A DNA stretch of 64,000 bases from Elusimicrobia bacterium CG1_02_56_21 (GCA_001871115.1 MNUR01000046.1:13299-77298); one strand, 5' to 3'. Positions 10,500 to 20,353 are shown, counted from the stretch's first letter. Program-made: numbers and translations. Notes: generated from the letters alone by a model not told the origin.

Positions 10500-11195
10500 T
10501 TAGAGTTTGGGGTTTGCTTTCTTCTCTTCCGGTTTCTTAAAAGGCATGCCCATATATTCAAGCAGGGCCTTACCCTTTTTATTGTCGCCGGCGGTGGTGA
10601 CGAAAGTTATATTCATGCCGCGCGGTTTAGGGGACTTTTCCATATCCACTTCGGGGAAAATATGGTGCTCTTTCAGACCGATGTTAAGGTTGCCCCTGCC
10701 GTCAAAGAACCTGGGGTCAACGCCCTGGAAGTCGCGTATACGCGGCACCGACAGGGAAACAAAGCGGTCAAAGAACTCGTACATCCGCGTCCCGCGCAGC
10801 GTCACGCGCACCGCTATGGGCATCCCCTCGCGAAGTTTGAAGTTAGAGATGGATTTTTTAGCGCGGCGCACCTGGGGGGCCTGACCGGAGATCAATGTCA
10901 GGTCTTCCCTGGCCAGGTCCAGCGCCTGTATGTTTTCCTTGGCCTCGCTGACGCCTATGTTGATGACGATCTTCGTCATCCTGGGCGCGGCCATCGGGGA
11001 AGTAAGCTCGAAGTCTTTCATGAGGGCCGGGCGTACAGTCTTAAGGTACAGGTCGTTCATGCGGACTTTATAGCCTTTAGGGAGAGGAGACACGGGCCCT
11101 TTAGGAGCCTCGGTCATGCGAACCTTCTGGTTCTTCTCCTGCTTCCGGGTCTTATGCTGCTCTTTTGAATTTGCTTTGGGAGTTTCCTTCGCCAT
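10500..11195 (-). CDS. rplE: 50S ribosomal protein L5 (uL5) with Lys-rich N- and C-terminal extensions
   Basis: 231 aa. Core 'PRMTKIVINIGVSEA'. The long start has a good SD (AAAGAGGT) 13 nt after the rplX stop. Shorter internal starts are not excluded. Confidence 0.88.
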   Translation of the reverse strand: MAKETPKANSKEQHKTRKQEKNQKVRMTEAPKGPVSPLPKGYKVRMNDLYLKTVRPALMKDFELTSPMAAPRMTKIVINIGVSEAKENIQALDLAREDLTLISGQAPQVRRAKKSISNFKLREGMPIAVRVTLRGTRMYEFFDRFVSLSVPRIRDFQGVDPRFFDGRGNLNIGLKEHHIFPEVDMEKSPKPRGMNITFVTTAGDNKKGKALLEYMGMPFKKPEEKKANPKL

Positions 11196-11208
11196 TTAAA
11201 TTACCTCT

Positions 11209-11517
11209 TTAGATTATCGCTTCGCCGCATTTCTTGCAGGCGCGCAGTTTCTCTCCGCCCTGTATGGAAATTTTCACGCGGGCCGGCTTGTCGCACTTGG
11301 GGCAGACCAGCTGCACGTTTGAGATGCTCATGGCCGCTTCCACCTTGTGGATGCCGCCCGGCTTTTCTTTGGTGGTCTTTTTGTGCTTTGAGACGATGTT
11401 TATCCCGGTCACAACCACCTTTCCCACGCTGGCCTGGACTTCGCGCACTTCGCCTTTCTTGCCTTTGTCCTTGCCGGCTATAACTATTACCGTATCTTTT
11501 TTCTTAAGTTTAAGCAT
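11209..11517 (-). CDS. rplX: 50S ribosomal protein L24 (uL24), with C-terminal CxxC...CxxC
   Basis: Start moved to ATG 11517 (MLKLKKKDTVIVIAGKDKGKKG, a KOW motif; SD AAGGTGGA). The ORF-track start at 11556 looks like an over-extension. Confidence 0.9.
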   Translation of the reverse strand: MLKLKKKDTVIVIAGKDKGKKGEVREVQASVGKVVVTGINIVSKHKKTTKEKPGGIHKVEAAMSISNVQLVCPKCDKPARVKISIQGGEKLRACKKCGEAII

Positions 11518-11576
11518 ATTTTCCACCTTATTAGGCCTATGGCCATGTCGTATCAAGCGCTATGCGCTTGAGACGG

Positions 11577-11945
11577 CTAAATTACTTCCGGGGCGAGCGA
11601 AACTATTTTAAGGTAGTTTCTGCCGCGCAGCTCTCTGGCTACCGGTCCGAAGACGCGGGTGCCTTTGGGGTCGCCGTTCTCGTCTATCAGACAAACAGCG
11701 TTATCGTCAAACCGTATGTAGGAACCGTCGGCGCGGCGGACTTCCTTCCTGACGCGGACTACTACCGCTTTCACAACTTCGCCTTTTTTAACCGCCGTAT
11801 GAGGAGTGGCATCCTTAACCGAGCAGACTACAGTGTCGCCCAGGTAGGCGTAGCGGCGGTAACTGCCGCCCATGACGTGAAAGCACATAAGTTTGCGGGC
11901 GCCGGAATTGTCGGCCACATTAAGAATCGTTCTCAGCTGTATCAT
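11577..11945 (-). CDS. rplN: 50S ribosomal protein L14 (uL14)
   Basis: 122 aa. '[18 protein letters not shown]'. Confidence 0.96.
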   Translation of the reverse strand: MIQLRTILNVADNSGARKLMCFHVMGGSYRRYAYLGDTVVCSVKDATPHTAVKKGEVVKAVVVRVRKEVRRADGSYIRFDDNAVCLIDENGDPKGTRVFGPVARELRGRNYLKIVSLAPEVI

Positions 11946-12013
11946 TATCTTTCTCCGTGTCTAGACTGTATCCGAGCCGCGACCGCGCTATGCGCGGGAC
12001 GGCCGGGTGGGAA

Positions 12014-12286
12014 CTATTTAGCCGCTTTCTCTACTATGCGGCTGATCCTCCAGCGCTTGAGCGCCGAGAGAGGGCGGGTGTTGACTATCTCAACGAGATC
12101 GCCGCTCTTTGATTCGTTAGCCTCGTCATGCGCGTAAAATCTGCGGTGGCGGCGCATGGTCTTGTTGTAGAAGGCGTGCTTGATGACATGGTCAACGCTG
12201 ACAACGCGGGTCTTTTCCATCTTATCGGACACGACCAGTCCGCGTAAAACTTTCCTGTTGGCTCTGGTTTCTGTTTTTTCGTTCAT
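12014..12286 (-). CDS. rpsQ: 30S ribosomal protein S17 (uS17)
   Basis: 90 aa. 'LRGLVVSDKMEKTRVV'. Confidence 0.93.
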   Translation of the reverse strand: MNEKTETRANRKVLRGLVVSDKMEKTRVVSVDHVIKHAFYNKTMRRHRRFYAHDEANESKSGDLVEIVNTRPLSALKRWRISRIVEKAAK

Positions 12287-12513
12287 TTTTTAACCTCTGC
12301 GGCGGTCTTCGTCTTCGCGAGCTCGCGCTGCTTGAGCCAGGTGTTTATCATGGCTATTTTGCGGCGGGCGGTGCGGAGTACCAGCGGGTTCTCAATAGGC
12401 GCGGTAGTGCGCTTGAATTTAAGCTGGAAAATCTGCTTCTTGAGATCGGCGGCCTGCGCCATCATTTCGGCGTCGCCCATGTTCTTCAAGGTTTCCTTGT
12501 CTTTTCTTTTCAT
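12283..12513 (-). CDS. rpmC: 50S ribosomal protein L29 (uL29)
   Basis: 76 aa. Sits between rplP and rpsQ, with a 4-nt overlap with rpsQ. Confidence 0.88.
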   Translation of the reverse strand: MKRKDKETLKNMGDAEMMAQAADLKKQIFQLKFKRTTAPIENPLVLRTARRKIAMINTWLKQRELAKTKTAAEVKK

Positions 12514-12526
12514 ATTGCTGCTCCTT

Positions 12527-12943
12527 CTAAATCTCGTCGCGGCTGATAAACTGGGTCTTTACCGGCAGTTTGTGCCCTGCGCGGGTAAAGGCTTCTTTGG
12601 CGGTCGCAAGGTCAAGACCTTCGACTTCAAAAAGGATCCTGCCCGGCCTGACCACGGCTACCCAATATTCCGGCGCGCCCTTACCCTTACCCATGCGGGT
12701 TTCAGCAGGGTGCTTGGTGATGGCTTTATCCGGGAATATCCTTATCCAGATCTTGCCTTTCTTGCGAAGGTAGCGCACGATGCATACGCGGCAGGCCTCT
12801 ATCTGGCGCGCCGTTATCCAGCGCGGCTCAAGGGTCTTCAGGCCGTATTCACCGAAAGCGAGCGTGAAGCCGCTCTTCGCCATGCCCTTAATACGCTGGG
12901 CTGTATGCGTTTTGCGGTGTTTTACTCTCTTAGGCATTAACAT
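12527..12943 (-). CDS. rplP: 50S ribosomal protein L16 (uL16)
   Basis: 138 aa. '[11 protein letters not shown]'. Confidence 0.95.
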   Translation of the reverse strand: MLMPKRVKHRKTHTAQRIKGMAKSGFTLAFGEYGLKTLEPRWITARQIEACRVCIVRYLRKKGKIWIRIFPDKAITKHPAETRMGKGKGAPEYWVAVVRPGRILFEVEGLDLATAKEAFTRAGHKLPVKTQFISRDEI

Positions 12944-12967
12944 AGTTCTTGCTCCTTAAAAAAACTC

Positions 12968-13708
12968 TTAAGCGCCGGGGTTTGCGTCCCTGCGGGCCTG
13001 CGCCGACTCGTCCATGACCGGGATTTCGGTAGGGTTCTCGGCTTCCATCTTAATGAGCTGCTCGCGCAGTTCGCGGGGGGTCTTCGCAAAGAACAGTTTC
13101 TTGAAGATCCAGACCTTGATGCCGATCTTGCCCATGCTGGTATTGGCTTCGGTCAGGCCGTAATCGATATCGGCTGAGATGGTCTGCAGCGGCACGCGGC
13201 CTTTGCGGAACCACTCGCGGCGGGCGATCTCGGCGCCGCCGAGGCGGCCTGAAGCCATAACCTTTATACCAAGCGCCCCGGAGCCCATCGTGCGCTCCAT
13301 CGCGCGCTTTATGGCGCGCTTGAAGGAGATGCGCTTTTCGAGCTGCTGCGCCACCGACTGGCCGACCAGGCGGGGGTCAAGCTCGGGGACCTTTATCTCC
13401 GAGACATTGAGGTAAACTTTGCGGCGGGTGAGGCGCTCTATATCTTTCTTAAGATTCTCTATGTCGGCGCCCTTGCGGCCTATAACCACTCCCGGACGGG
13501 CGGTGTGTATAGTAACCTTCAGGTAGGCGCCGGCGCGTTCGATGTCCACCCAGCTGACGGAGGCCATAGCGAACCTTTCGGTTACCATAAGCCTTATTTC
13601 GAAATCTTCACGGATCAGTTCCGGCATCTTCTTGGGAGAGAACCAGCGGGACTGCCAGTCCTGGATGTAGCCGAGCCTTAAGCCCCTGGGATGTATTTTT
13701 TGACCCAT
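12968..13708 (-). CDS. rpsC: 30S ribosomal protein S3 (uS3)
   Basis: Start moved to ATG 13708 ([13 protein letters not shown]), 1 nt after the rplV stop. KH domain present. Confidence 0.94.
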   Translation of the reverse strand: MGQKIHPRGLRLGYIQDWQSRWFSPKKMPELIREDFEIRLMVTERFAMASVSWVDIERAGAYLKVTIHTARPGVVIGRKGADIENLKKDIERLTRRKVYLNVSEIKVPELDPRLVGQSVAQQLEKRISFKRAIKRAMERTMGSGALGIKVMASGRLGGAEIARREWFRKGRVPLQTISADIDYGLTEANTSMGKIGIKVWIFKKLFFAKTPRELREQLIKMEAENPTEIPVMDESAQARRDANPGA

Positions 13709-13709
13709 A

Positions 13710-14066
13710 TTATTTCTGCTCCTTCGTATCAGAAACCACAACGTTTATGTGGCACATTTTGCGTTTAAACGGCATCGCGCGGCCCTGGGGGCCGGGCTGC
13801 ACACGCTTAAGCATCTTCATCGGGCCCTGGTCGGAACTCGCGGACTTCACCCAGATCGCTTTAAGATCGAGCTTGCGGCCGAGTTTCACGGACAGGTTGG
13901 CGCCGGCTGACCGGATAGCCTTGTCCACTATATCGGTAGCGATCCTGGGAAGGCTTTCCAGTATATAGTGGGCCTCATAAAGGGATTTGCCCCTTACCGC
14001 GTCTAGCAGCTGGGCAACCTTGCGGCGGCCGAAGCGCTGGTACCTGAGATGACATTTAGCTTCCAT
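13710..14066 (-). CDS. rplV: 50S ribosomal protein L22 (uL22)
   Basis: 118 aa. '[16 protein letters not shown]'. Sits between rpsS and rpsC. Confidence 0.93.
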   Translation of the reverse strand: MEAKCHLRYQRFGRRKVAQLLDAVRGKSLYEAHYILESLPRIATDIVDKAIRSAGANLSVKLGRKLDLKAIWVKSASSDQGPMKMLKRVQPGPQGRAMPFKRKMCHINVVVSDTKEQK

Positions 14067-14137
14067 AAATTTCTCCGTTCCGTTTTATCTGTGGGGAGCC
14101 GCGGTTTCTTTATAAGGAACCGGGCTCCGGATTGCTA

Positions 14138-14425
14138 TTAGGTAAGCGCTGTCGCTTCCTTGGTATGGGAAGAGCCGTGGCCCTTGAACAGCCTGGGGAA
14201 AGAGAACTCGCCCAGCTTATGTCCTACCATGCGCTCGGTCACATAAACAGGCAGGAACTTGCGGCCGTTATGAACCATAAGCGTCTGCCCTACGAATTCA
14301 GGGGTGATGGTGCAGGCGCGGGCCCAGGTCTTGATCTGGCGCTTGTCGCCGGACTGCACGGCGGCCTGTACCTTGGCCAGAAGTTTCTGGTCTACAAAAG
14401 GGCCTTTTTTAGAAGATCTGCTCAT
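14138..14425 (-). CDS. rpsS: 30S ribosomal protein S19 (uS19)
   Basis: 95 aa. '[12 protein letters not shown]'. Confidence 0.95.
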   Translation of the reverse strand: MSRSSKKGPFVDQKLLAKVQAAVQSGDKRQIKTWARACTITPEFVGQTLMVHNGRKFLPVYVTERMVGHKLGEFSFPRLFKGHGSSHTKEATALT

Positions 14426-14437
14426 TATATTCCTCCG

Positions 14438-15277
14438 TTAAGCGTTCTTAGCCTTGCGCCTGTCAGCAACTATCATCCAGCCCCATATTTTTGATTTGGT
14501 CCTGGTCTTGAAGCCCTTGGAGGGCTGGTTCCACGGCGAGCGGGGCACATTATTACCCTTGGAACGGCCGCGGCCACCGCCGAGCGGATGGTCGCAGGCG
14601 TTCATAGCTCCGCCGCGCACGGTGGGCTTTACGCCGATATGGCGCCGGCGCCCGGCCTTGCCGAGGCTGATCGTGTTGTGCTCTATGTTTCCTACCTGGC
14701 CGATAGTGGCGAGACAGGCCTTGAGCACTTTGCGGATTTCGCCGGAGGGCATCTTAACAAGGGCGTAATCGCCCTCTTTGGCCATAAGCTGCGCCTGGGT
14801 TCCGGCGGCGCGTACGAACTGCGCGCCTTTACCCGGGAGCATCTCGATGGCGTGTATAAAGGTACCGTCGGGGATATTGGTCATCGGGAGAGCGTTGCCG
14901 AGGCGGATTTCAGCCTTGGGACCGCTCATCACGGAGGCGCCTACCGCCAGCCCGAGAGGGGCCGGAATGTAACGCTTGTCGCCGTCCGCGTAAAACAGCA
15001 GGGCTATACGGGCGTTCCTGTTAGGATCGTATTCGATAGCCGCTACGCGGGCGGGAACTCCGTACTTCTCGCGTTTGAAATCCATGTCGCGGTAACGCCG
15101 GCGATGTCCGCCGCCGTGGTGCCGGACCATGATCATGCCGGTGTTATTGCGGCCGCCGTGCTTGCGAAGGCCCTTTACCAGCTTTTTTTCGGGCTCGGTT
15201 TTGGTGATCTCCGAGAAGTCGGCTATCTGGAGGGTGCGCCTCGAGGGGGTGTATGGTCTGTATGATTTAATTGGCAT
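14438..15277 (-). CDS. rplB: 50S ribosomal protein L2 (uL2)
   Basis: 279 aa. '[14 protein letters not shown]' and 'GGGRGRSKG'. Confidence 0.96.
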   Translation of the reverse strand: MPIKSYRPYTPSRRTLQIADFSEITKTEPEKKLVKGLRKHGGRNNTGMIMVRHHGGGHRRRYRDMDFKREKYGVPARVAAIEYDPNRNARIALLFYADGDKRYIPAPLGLAVGASVMSGPKAEIRLGNALPMTNIPDGTFIHAIEMLPGKGAQFVRAAGTQAQLMAKEGDYALVKMPSGEIRKVLKACLATIGQVGNIEHNTISLGKAGRRRHIGVKPTVRGGAMNACDHPLGGGRGRSKGNNVPRSPWNQPSKGFKTRTKSKIWGWMIVADRRKAKNA

Positions 15278-15296
15278 ATCTTTCCTATTTTCCGCC

Positions 15297-15587
15297 TTAT
15301 TTCGGCAGATCGGTCATATCAATTTTCTGCCCGGCTTTAACGGTCACTATCGCTTTTTTCCAGTCCGGGCGGTAACCTTCGTAGCGGCCCACTTTGTGCA
15401 GTTTGCCGGGGAAGTTAGCGGTGCGGACCGCGGTGACCTTAACCTTGAAAAGGGTCTCTATGGCCTTCTTGATCTCACTCTTGTTAGACTTGGAATTGAC
15501 CTTGAAGGTATAGCGGTTCTGAGTATCTTTAATGGTCATACTCTTTTCGCTGAGTATAGGGGAAACGAGAACTTCTGTATAGTTCAT
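15297..15587 (-). CDS. rplW: 50S ribosomal protein L23 (uL23)
   Basis: 96 aa. Sits between rplD and rplB. '[10 protein letters not shown]'. Confidence 0.9.
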   Translation of the reverse strand: MNYTEVLVSPILSEKSMTIKDTQNRYTFKVNSKSNKSEIKKAIETLFKVKVTAVRTANFPGKLHKVGRYEGYRPDWKKAIVTVKAGQKIDMTDLPK

Positions 15588-16210
15588 TTTACCTCCTTGA
15601 TATTGTCGGTGAGGACTTTGAGGCCGGCGGTGGTGAAAACAAGCCTTTCGTTGCGCATAGCTTCGTAGGCGTTAAGATTGCTGGCGAGACACCAGCCGAA
15701 TTCGGCTCTGTTCCTGGCCGCTATCCTGAAATTGCTGTCCATCTTGTCCGTCACAAAAAGCACGCTCTTCGCGTTAAGGCCTTTGTTCAGGGCGTTCAGG
15801 GAGCTGGTCTTGGGAGCCTCGAGAGCGAGGTTCTCCATCACCAGCACGGCGCCGTCGGCTGCACGGGCTGAGAGGGCTTCTATCAGGGCCTGGCGCAGTT
15901 TCTGTATGGGCAGGTACTGGCGGAAAGAACGGGGCTTGGGCCCGAACACCACGCCGCCTTTGCGCCATATAGGAGAGCGGTTTGAACCCACGCGGGCGCG
16001 GCCGGTACCCTTCTGTTTCCACGGCTTTTTGCCGCCGCCGGAAACTTCTGCGCGGGTCTTGGTGGAAGCGGTTCCGCGGTGCTTGTTAGCCAGATAATGC
16101 TTCATTACTTCATGTATGAAGTAGGGATCGGGCTTAACAGAGAAAATAACTTCAGGCAGTTCGAATTTGCCGATTTCCTTGCCTTTGAGGTCTAAAAGTT
16201 TTGTTTCCAT
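15584..16210 (-). CDS. rplD: 50S ribosomal protein L4 (uL4)
   Basis: 208 aa. 'GGGKKPWKQKGTGRAR'. Confidence 0.95.
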   Translation of the reverse strand: METKLLDLKGKEIGKFELPEVIFSVKPDPYFIHEVMKHYLANKHRGTASTKTRAEVSGGGKKPWKQKGTGRARVGSNRSPIWRKGGVVFGPKPRSFRQYLPIQKLRQALIEALSARAADGAVLVMENLALEAPKTSSLNALNKGLNAKSVLFVTDKMDSNFRIAARNRAEFGWCLASNLNAYEAMRNERLVFTTAGLKVLTDNIKEVK

Positions 16211-16235
16211 ATTTTTTCCTTGCGAGGGCCTCCCT

Positions 16236-17021
16236 TTACTTCTTGGCTCCCGGCTTCTTTGCCGCGCCTTTTATGGCGTCTTTCTTGGACTTGGCCTTAA
16301 GGTTCACCGCGGCCGCCACCGAGACTTTCTTGTTGGTGAGGGTGATGTAAACCATGCTGCCGGTTGCGCCGGGAATACCGCTGTTCACGAGTATCATATT
16401 CTCTTCGGGGATGATCTTCACTATTTTCACTTTCTGCACGGAAACCGTATCAACGCCCATGTGTCCGGCCATGCGCTGCCCGGGGAGCACGCGCCCGAGC
16501 GAGCGGCGGGAACCCAGAGAACCGGGCGCCCTTTCCCTGTCGGAGGCGCCGTGCGAAGCGCCGCCGCCTGCGAAGCCGTGGCGCTTCATGCCGCCGGCAA
16601 AACCTTTACCCTTGCTGACGGCCTGGACGTCCACATATTCGCCCTCGGCAAAGCGCTCGATGCTGGCGGTCTGGCCGGGGGCGGCTCCCGCCAGGTCTGA
16701 CACGCGGAATTCTTTAAGGTGCTTAATAGGTTTCAGATTAAGCTTTTTGGCAAGGCCCATTTCGGCTTTGTTGGCGCGGTGCTCAACCTTGTGTCCCAGC
16801 CCAAGGCAGACGGCCTGGTAGCCGTCTTTTTCAATGGTGCGGGTATAAACCACGCGGCACGGTCCGGTTTTCACGACCGTTACGGCGTGAAGGGAACCTG
16901 CGGCGTCGAAGACCTGGGTCATGCCCAGTTTCTGGCCGATGAGAAATTTATGGGACACGGGCAGAACCTGTACTTCGGGTTTTGCCTCAGGCGCCGTCTT
17001 TTCTTTATTTTCTTCTGTCAT
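16236..17021 (-). CDS. rplC: 50S ribosomal protein L3 (uL3) with terminal extensions
   Basis: 261 aa. Core 'LIGQKLGMTQVFD' and 'FAGGMKRHGFAGG'. It has a ~25-aa N-terminal tail and a Lys/Ala-rich C-terminal tail. Confidence 0.93.
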   Translation of the reverse strand: MTEENKEKTAPEAKPEVQVLPVSHKFLIGQKLGMTQVFDAAGSLHAVTVVKTGPCRVVYTRTIEKDGYQAVCLGLGHKVEHRANKAEMGLAKKLNLKPIKHLKEFRVSDLAGAAPGQTASIERFAEGEYVDVQAVSKGKGFAGGMKRHGFAGGGASHGASDRERAPGSLGSRRSLGRVLPGQRMAGHMGVDTVSVQKVKIVKIIPEENMILVNSGIPGATGSMVYITLTNKKVSVAAAVNLKAKSKKDAIKGAAKKPGAKK

Positions 17022-17392
17022 GTCAGTCCGCTCCTTGGCTGTCGCTTGATCGCTTGGTCGTTTCAGCGGATACTCCGCTGCCGCGCTCCGTTTTGCTCCG
17101 CTCGACGAGAAACGCCCGGTTTTAATACCGGGTCCCCGCGGTCGCGAAATAAAACGAACAAACCGCGCCGGAACATTACAGCTTCCGGTTTTTTTAAAAA
17201 CAATATTTTAAGTTTCTATGATTAAGCCCGCAGGTGGAGGGAATCAAGGCCGCTCCATCTATAGGGCCGCTGCCCGTATTCCGTAGAACGCGACAGCGTG
17301 ATAAAAACTGCTTTTTCAAAGAAACCGCGGCGTTGCCGCAGTTAACATCAAAATTATTATAACAAAAGAGCCCGGGCATGTAAAGCGGTATT

Positions 17393-17770
17393 TTAAACCG
17401 GTCTCGCGAAGGCCGGCACATGGCCATCCGGGTCCAGGCTGTAAGCCGCTCTGTCCCCCCAGCCCCTTGTCTCCAGGGGACTGAGTTCCCTGGCGCCTGC
17501 GGCCAGGGCCCGGGCATGATACAGCGCCGGGTCGGGCACGGTCAGATAAAGCTCCGCCCTGGGGATGCCGCCGCCTTTTTCCGGATCGGGCAGGTCCGGA
17601 AGAAGTCTTTTAATACCTTTCTCCGGCATAAGCCCGAGCGCGCAGCCGGAAGAAAGAGGGAACCGGGTCATACCCGGAACGTCCAACTCCGGCGCTATCC
17701 CGAGGGTTATAGCGTAAAATTCCCTGCTTTTTGACTGGTCCTTCACATACAGGATGAGATTAGTATTCAT
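17393..17770 (-). CDS. VOC (glyoxalase/bleomycin-resistance) family protein
   Basis: 125 aa. 'ILYVKDQSKSREFYAITLG' is a typical VOC beta-alpha-beta start. Confidence 0.6.
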   Translation of the reverse strand: MNTNLILYVKDQSKSREFYAITLGIAPELDVPGMTRFPLSSGCALGLMPEKGIKRLLPDLPDPEKGGGIPRAELYLTVPDPALYHARALAAGARELSPLETRGWGDRAAYSLDPDGHVPAFARPV

Positions 17771-17860
17771 ATAGCTGACTATATGTATTATACAAATCAG
17801 AAACTTCTCCGCATAGAAATAAAAACTGCCGGGCGGTTCTCAGGCGGGCCGGCTTAGCCA

Positions 17861-18024
17861 GGAGCCTGTCCGACATAGGCAATTTCGCCTGCAATTGCGC
17901 TTTTGTCCTGCGCCTTCGCACCGCTCAACTCACAATTTCCGTCGAGGGTGCTCGTCTCGCGGCGCTTCAGCTCGGCTCCAAAACAGACAATTTCTTCATG
18001 AAAGCCTTATGCCGGACAGGCTCC
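17861..18024 (+). mobile_element. MITE-like element, copy 1 (~164 bp, ~20-bp terminal inverted repeats)
   Basis: Left end is GGAGCCTGTCCGACATAGGC and right end is GCCTTATGCCGGACAGGCTCC, which are reverse complements. Full-length homologs lie at 23481-23645 and, inverted, at 57511-57674. Confidence 0.85.
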
Positions 18025-19358
18025 TAGAGTTTTATCCGCAGCCCGTCCCAGGCCGCAAAACATTCCGTTTTTACCCCATCCCGCACAAGCAGCTCCCGGC
18101 AGTATTTAATATTGGCGTCCATCATATCGTCAGTATGGCTCGGATCGTGGTGGAAGATAGCCATGCGCGATACCCCGGAGGCTCCCGCGAACTTCACGGC
18201 ATCGTCGTAGGTCCCATGCCCCCACCCTTTCCGGGAGGCATATTCCTGCTCGGTATACTGGGCCTCCATGATCAGGAGGTCGCTGCCCCTGGCGAAATTT
18301 ACTATCGCGGCGTCCTGGCGGCGAGCCATTTCGCTGTCTCCGCCCAATTTGGCGAAACCTTCATGGTCGCTTATATAAGTTATTACCTTTCCCTGGGCCT
18401 CTACCCGGAAGCCTATGCAGACCCCCGGATGATTCAGGTGCTGAAAGCTTACCTTTGCCGCTCCTATATCCACCGGCCCCTCCAGTTCGACGAAGCTCAG
18501 CTTGCTGGCCAGGTTGGAGAGCGGCACGGGGAAATAATCCAGAGCCATAGAATCGCTGAAGATCCGGTGCAGGCTGCTGCGGGCCCCGCGCACGCTGTAA
18601 ACGGTAAAAGTGTTCCGCGGATTATACAGCGGGGTAAAGAAAGGGAACCCCTGTATATGGTCCCAGTGGGTGTGCCCTACAAAAATATGGCCCGCTATTG
18701 GACGGCCCGGAAACTCGGCAGCGAGCTCCACCCCGAGCTCGCGCAGGCCCGTGCCGCAGTCTATAATAACAGGGATATCCCCGATACGTATCTCGGTACA
18801 GAGCGTGTTCCCGCCGTATCTAACGTTTTTAAGTCCGCCTGTGGGACAGGAACCGCGCGTGCCCCAGAAACGCACGGAGACAGGCAGCGGGACTTCAGAT
18901 TTAACAGGCGAAGGAAGAGAAGAGGACCGGTTGGTAACCGGGGGGCCTTCCGGAGCAGGGGGCGGCTGCGGCCCGGCTGCGGGCGCGGAGGATAAAATTT
19001 TCCTGACCTTGTCCTGTATTTCCCCTATGGAGAAGGGCTTTACTATATACTCGTCCGCTCCGGCGGCAATGGCCTGGGCCTTGTCGGCGGCATAAGGCTT
19101 TGAAGACGCCACTATGATCTTAACGCCGCTCAGCCCTTCGGGGCTCCTGAGGAGCCTGCACAGTTCATAACCGTGCATGCGCGGCATCATCAGGTCAGTG
19201 ATCACCAGGTCAGGACGCCAGTCCTGGGCTTTTTCCCACCCGTCCTGCCCGTCGCAGGCCTGCATCATTTCATACTCTTCGGAAAGCACGTCTACGGCAA
19301 GGTCCCGTATCACTTCGTCGTCGTCCACCACAAGGATACGCTTCTTAATTTCGGCCAT
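18024..19358 (-). CDS. Response-regulator receiver domain fused to an MBL-fold metallo-hydrolase
   Basis: 444 aa. N-terminal REC ('ILVVDDDEVIRD...DLVITDLMMPRMHG...KP'), a Pro-rich linker, then an MBL motif 'HTHWDHIQG'. Confidence 0.85.
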   Translation of the reverse strand: MAEIKKRILVVDDDEVIRDLAVDVLSEEYEMMQACDGQDGWEKAQDWRPDLVITDLMMPRMHGYELCRLLRSPEGLSGVKIIVASSKPYAADKAQAIAAGADEYIVKPFSIGEIQDKVRKILSSAPAAGPQPPPAPEGPPVTNRSSSLPSPVKSEVPLPVSVRFWGTRGSCPTGGLKNVRYGGNTLCTEIRIGDIPVIIDCGTGLRELGVELAAEFPGRPIAGHIFVGHTHWDHIQGFPFFTPLYNPRNTFTVYSVRGARSSLHRIFSDSMALDYFPVPLSNLASKLSFVELEGPVDIGAAKVSFQHLNHPGVCIGFRVEAQGKVITYISDHEGFAKLGGDSEMARRQDAAIVNFARGSDLLIMEAQYTEQEYASRKGWGHGTYDDAVKFAGASGVSRMAIFHHDPSHTDDMMDANIKYCRELLVRDGVKTECFAAWDGLRIKL

Positions 19359-19364
19359 CTTTGA

Positions 19365-19372
19365 ATTTTACA
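19365..19372 (-). promoter_or_regulatory. -10 element TG-TAAAAT, 6 nt upstream of ATG 19358
   Basis: Minus-sense TTTCTGTAAAATTCAAAGATG. This would make the REC-MBL mRNA leaderless. Confidence 0.4.
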
Positions 19373-19419
19373 GAAATCCCCGCGCTCCCACAAGTATTAA
19401 TTCCTGCGCGGGAAACTGA

Positions 19420-19457
19420 TAAAAGACCGGGCCCCTCTCGGGACCCGGTCTTTTATT
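19420..19457 (-). terminator. Intrinsic terminator (bidirectional-looking)
   Basis: AGACCGGG...CCCGGTCT stem (19424-19451) flanked by an A-run and a T-run. It lies 22 nt after the stop of the 19479..20291 gene. Confidence 0.7.
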
Positions 19458-19478
19458 TAAACTGCGGTAACTACAGTA

Positions 19479-20291
19479 TCAGCGGCACTGGCCCTGGTAC
19501 GTGTAAATCCTTTCAGTGCTGGAAGCGCGGCCCTTGTAGTTGGCAAGGCTTTTCTCGCCCTGTACGAAGCCGGCATTGATATCCCTGAAAGTAGTCTCGT
19601 TGTAGTAGCGGACATACATATTACCGGGGCGGTCCTGCCAGACCGTATAGCAATTAGGAGTGTAACCGGGGTTATTGAACTGCCCAGGATACTGGCCGGG
19701 GTACTGGTAGAACTGGGGATTGGGGACATTAGGAATCTGTCCGGGGAAACCGCCATTCTGTCCGAATTTGGCGAGATCAGCTTCCACGGGCTTAAGCGCG
19801 AGGGCTGTTTCCGCGTCCTTAACAGAGGAGCGGCAGACGGTCTGGGGATACTGGTAAGTGCAGTATTCGTTCCCGCTCTGTTCTGGGGACCTTTCCACCG
19901 TGGTAACCAGGGTGCCGGTGAGGTCGAAGTTCTGCCCGAGCTGGGCCGCGGTGAGAGTGAAGTTCTCGGGGATATCTATGTTCTTGTCGAACTTCAGATT
20001 GATGACCGTAGCGGGGTTGGCATTGGCCACTTCCAGCTTCAGGGTCTTATTACTGCCTGACTTTCCCATAATGATCTTGGTAGGGAACTGGCCCGGGTTC
20101 AGAACTACGTCTCCGGACGCCTTGTTGAATTCCCACTCAACTACCTGGCCGCTGCCGGGGAGGCTCTTTACCTGGGAGAAAGAGATGACCTCATTTACTC
20201 CAAGCGAACCGTTGAATTTTATTTCGTCGCAACCGGCGAGGAAGGCCATCATCGCGGCGATTCCTAAACCTGCGAATATTCTTTGTTTCAT
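19479..20291 (-). CDS. Lipoprotein, function unknown
   Basis: 270 aa. Signal peptide with lipobox 'FLAGC'. Confidence 0.6.
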   Translation of the reverse strand: MKQRIFAGLGIAAMMAFLAGCDEIKFNGSLGVNEVISFSQVKSLPGSGQVVEWEFNKASGDVVLNPGQFPTKIIMGKSGSNKTLKLEVANANPATVINLKFDKNIDIPENFTLTAAQLGQNFDLTGTLVTTVERSPEQSGNEYCTYQYPQTVCRSSVKDAETALALKPVEADLAKFGQNGGFPGQIPNVPNPQFYQYPGQYPGQFNNPGYTPNCYTVWQDRPGNMYVRYYNETTFRDINAGFVQGEKSLANYKGRASSTERIYTYQGQCR

Positions 20292-20353
20292 TTTAATCTC
20301 CTAAGTCTGAACTTGATTGTCGCAAAACTATCGTTGTCCTGTCTGAACATAGT

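Noticed and set aside
17194-17517. 107-aa minus-strand ORF in the rplC upstream region
   Set aside because: It overlaps the 3' end of the VOC gene in another frame and extends into the leader. Its composition is implausible and it shows no S10 similarity.
17895-18995. 366-aa plus-strand ORF
   Set aside because: It starts inside the MITE and runs antisense to the REC-MBL gene. It has low-complexity Arg/Gly/Pro content.
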